From NCBI GenBank assembly GCA_028697145.1, contig JAQVFR010000003.1, positions 3,988 through 67,987 of the forward strand: DNA of 64,000 bases, read 5' to 3'. The notes under the pieces were generated by a model, which was not told the DNA's origin, ran no database searches, and worked only from the letters and a program-made list of their open reading frames with translations. Position 1 is the first letter of the stretch, and each line of letters opens with the position of its first letter. Both the position numbers and the translations under genes were made by a program. The stretch is from Actinomycetota bacterium (GTDB lineage Bacteria > Actinomycetota > Geothermincolia > Geothermincolales > RBG-13-55-18). Shown one piece after another: positions 57,090 to 64,000 of the stretch.

Positions 57090-58157
57090 TCAGTCCCCTC
57101 CCGCGCCCATGCGCCGTATGCCCCCGCGGCCCACGAATAATATCTCGTTGGCTGCCTCGTTCCAGGCCAGCGGCGTCCTCGCCTCCAGGCCGGTGTAGCG
57201 ATATATGACCCGCTCCCCGTGATCCAGGTATTCCAGGCCCCTCTCTCCCACGTACGCAAGCCTCTCGTCCGTGCGCGAGGGATAGAAGTCGTAATAGGAG
57301 ATCTCGTATCCCAGCCCGTCGGTAGACGCCACCCTTTTTATCTTGTCGGGTGGTTCGACCCTCGACCAGGTCCCCTTCACCCTGTCCTGTCCCTTCACGA
57401 ACGTGGGCCCCACGTAAAGCACCGTGTCCTCCCGGAGCCACCATATGAAATATACCTCTCCCTCACAGTCGGCGTAATGCTCCCATCCCCGCCTGCCCGG
57501 GACAGCCGTCTGCAGCAGATGGCGGTAGCTCTCCTCCTCGCCGATGACGGCGGTCCCGCGGCGGGAGATGATCCCGAGCCCCGAGGTGTCCCATGCCGCC
57601 AGGTCCTGGGCCTCCGCCAGAAACGTCTTGTCCTCTCCTTCCGCTCCCATCAGCCAGAAGGCGGGAGCGTCTCCGGACGCGGCCGCCGGTGACACCGTCC
57701 ATAATATGTACCTGCCGTCGGGCGAGGGTATGGGATCGCTGTCCTTCTCCGGGCTCTCCGTGAGGTTTCTTGTCTCCGTTCCATCCATATCCAGGAGGTG
57801 GATATCATCGGCGTCCTCGAAGGCGACGCGAGAGGTGTCGCCGAGCCAGGCGAGTCTTCGTCCGCTTATCTCCCGCTCGAAGACGGCGCCGGCGTCCCCG
57901 TCAAGCCCGACGACCCTCAGTACGGCGCCCTCGCTGCCTTCCGTCCCCCCGATAAAAGCGAGAAAGCGCCCGTCGGCGCTCGCCTGCATGCAGAGCACCT
58001 CTGCTTCCTCCACGGGGACGACCAGCTCTCCTTCGCCGGCGATCTCCTTCACCTTCGTCTTGGGGACCACGATCATGCCGCTCAGGATGTCGAGCATGAA
58101 ATAGCTGATCCCCACCAGCAGGATGCAGGAGGCGACCATGACGATGACGATGACCAT
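57090..58157 (-). CDS. Membrane-anchored beta-propeller protein with PD40/TolB-like repeats
   Basis: N-terminal TM helix followed by repeats of the SPDGRYI...S type. Confidence 0.5.
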   Translation of the reverse strand: MVIVIVMVASCILLVGISYFMLDILSGMIVVPKTKVKEIAGEGELVVPVEEAEVLCMQASADGRFLAFIGGTEGSEGAVLRVVGLDGDAGAVFEREISGRRLAWLGDTSRVAFEDADDIHLLDMDGTETRNLTESPEKDSDPIPSPDGRYILWTVSPAAASGDAPAFWLMGAEGEDKTFLAEAQDLAAWDTSGLGIISRRGTAVIGEEESYRHLLQTAVPGRRGWEHYADCEGEVYFIWWLREDTVLYVGPTFVKGQDRVKGTWSRVEPPDKIKRVASTDGLGYEISYYDFYPSRTDERLAYVGERGLEYLDHGERVIYRYTGLEARTPLAWNEAANEILFVGRGGIRRMGAGGD

Positions 58158-58285
58158 GTAGCGCTTGGAGATCGGCCCTCTCCTCGTCTCTACCAGCTAG
58201 TCCCCGGTGGACTCACGTCCCCATGTAGCCATTATAGTCTCGCGCGAGGCGAGCTGGCGGCGGGCCGGCAAGCCCGGCACTTCCA

Positions 58286-60487
58286 TCAACTCCCGGTATA
58301 GCCTTCGGCGAAATACCATTCCTCGGAGGGGGAGATGGTGCCCTGCGAGCAGCTGCCCCCGTCACGGTTCCTGTAGACGAAATACATGGCGCGCTCGGCT
58401 ACCAATGGCTTATCCGACTCGACCAGGGTGGAGAACTCCGCTTCCTCCAGGCCCTGTAGATCGTCCACGTGCACGGTGTAGCGGGCATGGGGTTCGATCA
58501 CCGCCCTCTTCGTGACCTCCTCCCCGTCATCACGCATGAAGGTCAGGGTGACCGCGGCCTGGTCCGGTCCCGGGTTCTGCAGCAGTATATAGGTATCGAA
58601 GTACGCCGCGGTGTATCCCTCCGCGAAATACCAGCGCCGCGAGGTCTGGGATACGCCCAGGGCATCGTGGCCTCCCCCCCTGCCCTCGTAGATAAAATAC
58701 ATGGCCCTTTCCGCGACTATGGGTGTATCCGACTGCACGCGCAGCGAGAACTCCGTCTGTTCCAGGCCCGGCAGGTCGTCCACGTGCACGGTGCCGCGGC
58801 TGCGTCCCGGCACCACGATGTCGATTTTCCGGGTGGTGGCGTCGGGGAGCATGAATTCGAGCGTCACCTCCGCCTCTTTTTCGTCGGGGTTGGCCAGCAG
58901 GACCCAGGTATCGAAATCGCCGGCGGTGTATCCCTCGGCGAAGTACCATGTCAATCCGGTAGCCGACGCCCCCTCCGCCACCGTCCCTCCCCTCGCGCCC
59001 TTGTACCCGAAATAGACGGCCCGCTCCGCCACCACCGGGAGGTCGCTCTCCATCTTCACGCAGAACTCGCCGCAGTCGAGCCCGGGCTCCAGGTTCATCC
59101 AGATGGTCGTGCGGGAATGGGGAGCCAGGGTGTAGTAAAGCTCGTCGACTTCGCCCGCGTTGCCCATGAAGGAGACCGTGAGACGGGCCTCCCGGTCGTC
59201 GGGGTTCTGCACCAGGTAGAAGGTATCGAAATCGCCGCCGGTGTATCCCTCCGCGAAATGCCATTCCGTCCGGGGCTGGTTCGATCCCATACAGGCGTGC
59301 CCGCCCTTGCGGCCGCTTCCGAGGAAATCGAAGTACATGGCGCGTTCCGCGACGACCGGCCGATCCGACCGGACCTTGACGGAGACGTCCGAGTTCTGGA
59401 TGCGGTCGTTCACGCAGATGGTGTGGCGGGACCGCGGGCCCACCTCGCATTCCTCCTGCATCGTCCCTCCCCCGGGGAACATGTAGGTCACCGTGCACAG
59501 CACGGTCTCCTCGCCCGGGTTCTGTATGAGCAGGTACTCGTCGAAGTTCTGTGAGTTCAGGAAGAAGAAATGCGTCTGCAGGCCCACCACGGAGGCGAAG
59601 AGGGTCCCCTTCACCGTCCTGCTGCCGTCGCTGCCGTCCACGCGGATCCGGTTGACGCGGCCCGAGGTCCAGCGCGAGACCACCTCGAAGCCGTAGAGGG
59701 TCCCCACGGCTGTGTCAGCATGGGAGTTAAGCTTGGCCTGCAGCTCTTCCCAGGACATGGTCACCTTCCAGTCGTGGTCCTCGTCGCTGGCGCAGGCGTC
59801 GTCGTAAACGGGGCTCAGGTAAGGCAGGTTACTACCCCCCCACGCCTCTTCCATGCTAGCCGTATAGCCGCCGCAGCAGGAGCTGTAGGCGGCGACGATA
59901 GGCTCTCCGCCGTAGGTAATGATCTCCCCCGCGGTGGCGTTCACCGCTGCCACCGTGTTCGGCCTGGTCTTCGGGTCGATGGTCTCTACGAAGGCCTGGC
60001 AGCAGCTCCCGTACGGACAGATATCGTAACCGTCTTTGGTGTGCTTGTCGCGGTCTTTACAGGAGAGGACATAGGTCCTGGCCGCCACCATGGTCACCCT
60101 GAGGCCCTGCGTCGGCCAGCTGTCTGGCTCCTCCTGCAAGCGGTACAGATACTCCCGCAGCGTATATTTCCTTATCACGTTATCTCGGCAGAGGACCCTG
60201 ATGGGCATGTCGTCGCTCACGCGCGAGAAATCAACGCCGGTATAGTAGGCGCGGATGATGTCGTGGTATTCCTCTCCGCGCATGGCCCGGTAGTATACTC
60301 CCGCCATGCACAGCCCCACGCCGTGGCCCCGGCCGTGGCCGATGAAGGTCACGCTGCCCCCGCCGGCCGACGCCCCCTCGTCGCTGGGGAACGGAGCGCC
60401 CAGGAGGGCCGTAACGAGCACCGCCACGACCATGAAAGCCGCCAGCGCCTTCCGGCCTCTTCCTTCCCGTCTTGTCTCTTCGGGCAT
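58286..60487 (-). CDS. Secreted or membrane-anchored SpoIID/LytB-domain protein with four C-terminal WYFAEGYT-type repeats of about 110 aa
   Basis: RBS AGAGGAGGG then ATG at 60487. Signal or anchor helix, then a SpoIID/LytB-like region (..GHGRGHGVGLCMAG.., YSSCCGGYT). Four repeats follow, each containing W(Y/H)FAEGYT, FDT(Y/F/W).L..NP and P(V/I/L)VAERAMYF. Confidence 0.65.
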   Translation of the reverse strand: MPEETRREGRGRKALAAFMVVAVLVTALLGAPFPSDEGASAGGGSVTFIGHGRGHGVGLCMAGVYYRAMRGEEYHDIIRAYYTGVDFSRVSDDMPIRVLCRDNVIRKYTLREYLYRLQEEPDSWPTQGLRVTMVAARTYVLSCKDRDKHTKDGYDICPYGSCCQAFVETIDPKTRPNTVAAVNATAGEIITYGGEPIVAAYSSCCGGYTASMEEAWGGSNLPYLSPVYDDACASDEDHDWKVTMSWEELQAKLNSHADTAVGTLYGFEVVSRWTSGRVNRIRVDGSDGSRTVKGTLFASVVGLQTHFFFLNSQNFDEYLLIQNPGEETVLCTVTYMFPGGGTMQEECEVGPRSRHTICVNDRIQNSDVSVKVRSDRPVVAERAMYFDFLGSGRKGGHACMGSNQPRTEWHFAEGYTGGDFDTFYLVQNPDDREARLTVSFMGNAGEVDELYYTLAPHSRTTIWMNLEPGLDCGEFCVKMESDLPVVAERAVYFGYKGARGGTVAEGASATGLTWYFAEGYTAGDFDTWVLLANPDEKEAEVTLEFMLPDATTRKIDIVVPGRSRGTVHVDDLPGLEQTEFSLRVQSDTPIVAERAMYFIYEGRGGGHDALGVSQTSRRWYFAEGYTAAYFDTYILLQNPGPDQAAVTLTFMRDDGEEVTKRAVIEPHARYTVHVDDLQGLEEAEFSTLVESDKPLVAERAMYFVYRNRDGGSCSQGTISPSEEWYFAEGYTGS

Positions 60488-60504
60488 ATCCCTCCTCTTT
60501 GTTG

Positions 60505-60552
60505 CCTTATATATTAACAATAGACTCCGTTAATTAACAATAATATTGTTTA
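60505..60552 (-). promoter_or_regulatory. Sigma70-like promoter with an overlapping palindrome upstream of the SpoIID/LytB-domain gene
   Basis: Minus strand reads TTGTTA, a 17-bp spacer, then TAATAT about 35 nt before the RBS. The perfect palindrome AACAATAATATTGTT (two TTAACAATA direct copies) overlaps the -35 hexamer. Confidence 0.4.
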
Positions 60553-60734
60553 ATCACACGCCACCTTCTCATGGGCTCCTGGTTAGAGATATCGGCAGAT
60601 ATTCCTTCTCCCGAAAGCGTGCTTTGGGATGAAAACCGTCCCGCGGGAAAGTCCCGGCGACGTAACGCGGCTTCGCGCATGCGGAGCCGGCATGCTGAAG
60701 TCACGGAGATAATCGAGACGCAGCGCGCCGGGTG

Positions 60735-60998
60735 TCAGGCCGTCTCCGCCGGTTTGGATTGGACCAGGTTTTCCGCTACGCCCAGGAGGGCCTCCCCGAA
60801 CCTTCTCGTCAACAGCCCTGCCTCCTCGAGGGATTTCACGGCCTCGCACACCATGTCATGGGGCCTGCATAAAAGGGAGGCCAGCCTTCCCTCGCTCACC
60901 AGGAGGAACGGATTGGCCTTGAAGAAGCCGATCACTTCGGCCTTTACCGAACCGCCCGCCGCCGGATCGATTACGTCCGGATTGCCATAATCTTCCAT
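60735..60998 (-). CDS. Small hypothetical protein (87 aa)
   Basis: The ORF has non-random composition (MEDYGNPDVIDPAAGGSVKAEVIGFFKANPFLLVSEGRLASLL...). No family recognised. Confidence 0.3.
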   Translation of the reverse strand: MEDYGNPDVIDPAAGGSVKAEVIGFFKANPFLLVSEGRLASLLCRPHDMVCEAVKSLEEAGLLTRRFGEALLGVAENLVQSKPAETA

Positions 60999-61234
60999 AG
61001 ATACTCTACCGCTATCATTTGACGCGCGGAATCCATGCTGGGAGGGATCCCTTCAAACCAGAAAAACCTCAAGCCCTGTGAGATATGCCTGCCCCCGGCG
61101 CAGGCCCGCGCAAGGAGCTTGTGTTGCCGTAAGAAATATATCATAAAGGGATGGCGCTTGAAAGCGCGGCGGGACATCTACAGCGAGGCATTTTCGGCGG
61201 TGCGGTTGCGAGCCCGCATGCGCCGGAAACGAGG

Positions 61235-61903
61235 TCAGAACATCCCCTCCTTGATAGCCTTGATGATCACCTGCGCGCGGTCCTCCACGCCCAGTTTGCG
61301 GAATATGTTGCGCAGGTGGGTCTTGACGGTGCTGAGGGTTATGCCCAGCTCCCCCGCCACCGCCTTGTTGCTGTAGCCCTTGGCCACGAGCCGCAGCACA
61401 TCCGCCTCGCGGTCGGTCAGCGAGAGAAGTGGGTCTTCTCCGTTATTTACCGTGGTCAGGAGGCCTCCCTGTGATCGCAGCACCGCGACCAGTTCCCGGG
61501 TGATGGAGGAGGCGACCAGGGGAACTCCTTCGGAGGCGCTGTTGATCGCCTTCAAGAGCTGCTCTCTTCCGCAATCCTTGAGTATGTAACCTATGGCCCC
61601 GGCGCGAATGGCCTCCGCGGCTATCTCCAGGTCGTCGTATACGGTGAGGATGATGGCCTGTATTTCCGCGGTCTCGGGGTCGCTCTTGAGCTTGCGCACC
61701 ACCTCTATGCCGCTTATGTCCGGCAACTTGATGTCAACCAGCATGACCTGCGGCCTTTCGCGGCGTGCCAGGTCCAGGGCTTCCGCGCCGTTCTCGGCCT
61801 CTCCCACGAGGCGTATCCCGCTCTCCCCCTCGAGAACGCGGCTGACCCCCATGCGCACTATCTCATGGTCGTCCACTATCGCCAGGCGTATCGTCTTCTT
61901 CAC
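61235..61903 (-). CDS. NarL/LuxR-family response regulator
   Basis: Receiver domain (IRLAIVDDHEIVR...VMLVDIKLPDISG) plus a C-terminal LuxR helix-turn-helix (LTDREADVLRLVAKGYSNKAVAGELGITLSTVKTHLRNIFRKLGV). GTG start follows AGGAAGG. Confidence 0.85.
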   Translation of the reverse strand: MKKTIRLAIVDDHEIVRMGVSRVLEGESGIRLVGEAENGAEALDLARRERPQVMLVDIKLPDISGIEVVRKLKSDPETAEIQAIILTVYDDLEIAAEAIRAGAIGYILKDCGREQLLKAINSASEGVPLVASSITRELVAVLRSQGGLLTTVNNGEDPLLSLTDREADVLRLVAKGYSNKAVAGELGITLSTVKTHLRNIFRKLGVEDRAQVIIKAIKEGMF

Positions 61904-61914
61904 CCCAGACCTTC

Positions 61915-63954
61915 CTACTTTTTTTGGGGCACGGGAAAGGAGAAGCTGACCTTGGTGCCGTCTCCGGGGCGCGTATCTATCACCAGGTCGCCCTGCATGA
62001 GCTCCGCCCTCTCCCTCATGCCCTTGATGCCGAGGCACTCCCCCGTCACGATCTTTTCCCGTACCTCCCTCTCGATGAAACCGGCCCCATCGTCCTCTAT
62101 CGCCATCTCCACCCAGCCGTCGCCCCCCTTCAACATGAACTTCACGCTGGCGGCACCCGCGTGGCGGGCGATGTTCGACAGCGCCTCCTGGGCCACGCGA
62201 AAGATAGTGACCTCCGTGAGCGAATCCAGTCTCTCCAGGCTCCCCCGGGTAATGAACTCCACCGCCAGCCCATTCTCGGCGGCGAACCGCTCCAGGTATG
62301 TGGACAGGGACTTCTCCAGTCCCAGCACGTCCAGCGCGGATGGGCGCAGGTCCCCTATGACCTGCCGCAAGTCCCTCAGGCCCTCGCGGGCCTTCTCTTT
62401 CAGCCCCTCGAGGGAATCGGTCAGGACGGGGAAGTAGGCCAGTTGCGCCTCGAGCATCTCGAGCCTGAAGATGAAGTCCAGGAAATAAGGCGCAAGCCCG
62501 TCGTGGAGTTCGCGCGAGATGCGTATACGCTCCTCCTCCTGGGCCTTTGAGGTGTCCTGGATCAGCTCCTGCAGGCGCGCGCTCTTGTCCAGCAACTCCT
62601 GCATGAGCTTGGAGTTGAGGAGCGAAACCGCCACCTGAGTGGAGAGGGCGACCATGAAATCGAGCTCATCCATGGTGAAGGGGGCCTGGTCCAGCCTTCC
62701 CCCCAGCCAGAGCAGCCCAGTCCTTTCCCCGTGCACTTCCAGGGGTATCAGTATCGCCCCGCCCTCCTCGTCGCGCCAGTGCATCTCCCTTACCACCCCG
62801 CCGCCCTCGTAGGTGCGCAGGGAGCCCAGGCGCAGGAACTCCAGCTCGCATAAACCCCGGTTGACCCGGTTTCCCACCAGCCAGTAGGTTGAGAACCTGT
62901 TGCTCTCGCAATAGGTGGTGTAGGAGTCATCCCACTCCAGCACGTGCACCCCCTCCTCCACGCAATCGCGGAAGTGGTAGGCGATATGGTCGCGGCAGGC
63001 CGAATAACCCACCATCCTGTAGCCGCCGTCCTCGACCATCATCAGGGCGCAGGATCCCAGGTTCATCGACTTCCTTACCTCTTCGACGACGCTCGCAGCC
63101 AGCTCATCGAGGTTGCTCACCGTGCGTATCGAATGGGCCAGCTCCTGCAGCAGCCTCCCCTCCTCGAACTCGCGGCCGTATATGTAGCGCCCGGTAAGCC
63201 TCCTTGCCAACCTCAGCTCCGCGTGGTAGCCGACCATGAAGGGGAGGCCGGTCAGAACGAACATCAAGTAGGCTATCCAGCCGAAACCGAGGTCCAGCCC
63301 GTAGGCATAAAAGGCGCAGAGCAGTGTGAACACGGCCAGGTTAACCGCCATGACCACGGCATGCGTCAGCATGTTCCTGGTCACCGAGCGTATATCGATG
63401 AACAGGCCGTAACGCAGTATCCCGTAGGCCAGCATGCACACGAAGATCAGGCTGGACTGCGGGGTGGTGATATAGTGGCTGATCTCGAAGTTCTGGATGA
63501 CGTTCGCCACCATCATCGGCACGGGGGCCATGGCCAGGATGAACAGGCCTTTGCGGGCGACCTTGCTCGAGTTGCGGCTGCGCTCGTACAGGAAGATCGC
63601 CATCGAGGCGCTGATGATGGCAAAGCCCAGGGCGGTGAGAAACCAGAAGAACGGCGTCCGCACCACGTTCACTCCCTGGCCCACGTCCACGAGGAAGTAA
63701 GAAGAGTATATGGCCCCCGTGGTGAAAAGGAGCAGCAATCCCAGCAGCCAGGGGGCATAGAGGACCGCGACAGTGGCTGTCGCCTTCTTTCTGTCCAGCA
63801 TGAAACCCCTGGCGCGCGGAAAATGCAGGGCGAGCAGAAGATAGGTGGGCATGAGCAGCATCTCCCCTATCCCCTGGACGCGGGTCCAGAAGATCTTGCC
63901 CCCGAGGTCGCTCGCCGTCATGGTCATGGCCTCGCCCAGCGCCCACACCGCCAT
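61915..63954 (-). CDS. Sensor histidine kinase with an N-terminal multi-helix membrane domain, a GAF-like domain and a HisKA_3 plus HATPase_c core
   Basis: About seven hydrophobic helices, then a GAF-like region, then an H-box (RISRELHDGLAPYF) and an ATPase with G-boxes (IEDDGAGF, GLGIKGMRERAE). Its stop lies 11 nt before the response-regulator start. Confidence 0.8.
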   Translation of the reverse strand: MAVWALGEAMTMTASDLGGKIFWTRVQGIGEMLLMPTYLLLALHFPRARGFMLDRKKATATVAVLYAPWLLGLLLLFTTGAIYSSYFLVDVGQGVNVVRTPFFWFLTALGFAIISASMAIFLYERSRNSSKVARKGLFILAMAPVPMMVANVIQNFEISHYITTPQSSLIFVCMLAYGILRYGLFIDIRSVTRNMLTHAVVMAVNLAVFTLLCAFYAYGLDLGFGWIAYLMFVLTGLPFMVGYHAELRLARRLTGRYIYGREFEEGRLLQELAHSIRTVSNLDELAASVVEEVRKSMNLGSCALMMVEDGGYRMVGYSACRDHIAYHFRDCVEEGVHVLEWDDSYTTYCESNRFSTYWLVGNRVNRGLCELEFLRLGSLRTYEGGGVVREMHWRDEEGGAILIPLEVHGERTGLLWLGGRLDQAPFTMDELDFMVALSTQVAVSLLNSKLMQELLDKSARLQELIQDTSKAQEEERIRISRELHDGLAPYFLDFIFRLEMLEAQLAYFPVLTDSLEGLKEKAREGLRDLRQVIGDLRPSALDVLGLEKSLSTYLERFAAENGLAVEFITRGSLERLDSLTEVTIFRVAQEALSNIARHAGAASVKFMLKGGDGWVEMAIEDDGAGFIEREVREKIVTGECLGIKGMRERAELMQGDLVIDTRPGDGTKVSFSFPVPQKK

Positions 63955-64000
63955 GAATACGGAGATGAGGAAAACGATGTTATTTACCGTCTGACGCCGG

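Noticed and set aside
52171-57208. Long plus-strand ORFs (52171..53250, 54113..55525, 55670..57208) antisense to the FAD oxidases and pyruvate kinase. Also ORF-track N-terminal extensions of many minus-strand genes (for example 47838..48692, 48269..49288, 55655..57259).
   Set aside because: Shadow ORFs, or R/P/G-rich upstream extensions before the true RBS-associated starts.
1-64000. CRISPR arrays, rRNA genes, intact prophage, integrase or defence-island hallmarks
   Set aside because: No short regularly spaced direct repeats, no cas-like, nuclease, helicase or integrase motifs, and no rRNA-like conserved segments were seen. The only mobile-element trace is the IS110 fragment.

Overview
This is a GC-rich window (roughly two-thirds G+C) with dense coding on both strands. 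The gene content points to an uncultivated Gram-positive, Actinomycetota-like anaerobe, based on two LPXTG-type surface proteins, a SpoIID/LytB-domain protein, an actinobacterial DUF501-ppx pair with an FtsB-like protein, an ECF sigma/anti-sigma pair, a RACo-type corrinoid activator, a 4-hydroxybutyryl-CoA dehydratase homologue and a ferredoxin-nitroreductase fusion.

Main contents, in order along the window:
- A copper/heavy-metal P-type ATPase with two N-terminal HMA domains and a C-terminal YHS/TRASH domain, next to a truncated RseC-like gene.
- A pterin-binding methyltransferase plus a RACo-like reductive activator, with no corrinoid protein gene adjacent.
- A large set of acyl-CoA catabolic genes: two AMP-ligases, seven acyl-CoA dehydrogenases including two tandem pairs, an SCP-x type thiolase, an SCP2 carrier, three MaoC hot-dog hydratases, a crotonase and an AbfD-like dehydratase, under two TetR regulators.
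- Two large multi-domain fusions and a pair of paralogous proteins of unknown function (listed below).
- Cell-surface proteins, an IS110 transposase remnant plus an AT-rich island beside a tRNA-Leu(UAA), and housekeeping genes (pyruvate kinase, Ppx/GppA, FtsB-like protein, a two-component system).

The most unusual observations:
1. An 830-aa protein with four N-terminal transmembrane helices fused to a complete enolase domain and a 230-aa C-terminal extension.
2. An 879-aa fusion of a CrtI/phytoene-desaturase-family flavoenzyme to an FNR-like reductase and a plant-type [2Fe-2S] ferredoxin.
3. Two paralogous proteins of about 350 aa with an internally duplicated CxxCG-headed repeat, each embedded in an acyl-CoA dehydrogenase operon.
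4. A 25-bp double-palindrome operator-like motif present twice, upstream of the SCP2/tetR divergon and upstream of the thiolase.
5. A 129-bp non-coding tandem repeat (2.2 copies) in an intergenic region.

No CRISPR array, rRNA gene or intact prophage was recognised. Coordinates of non-CDS features are read by eye and may be off by 1-2 nt.
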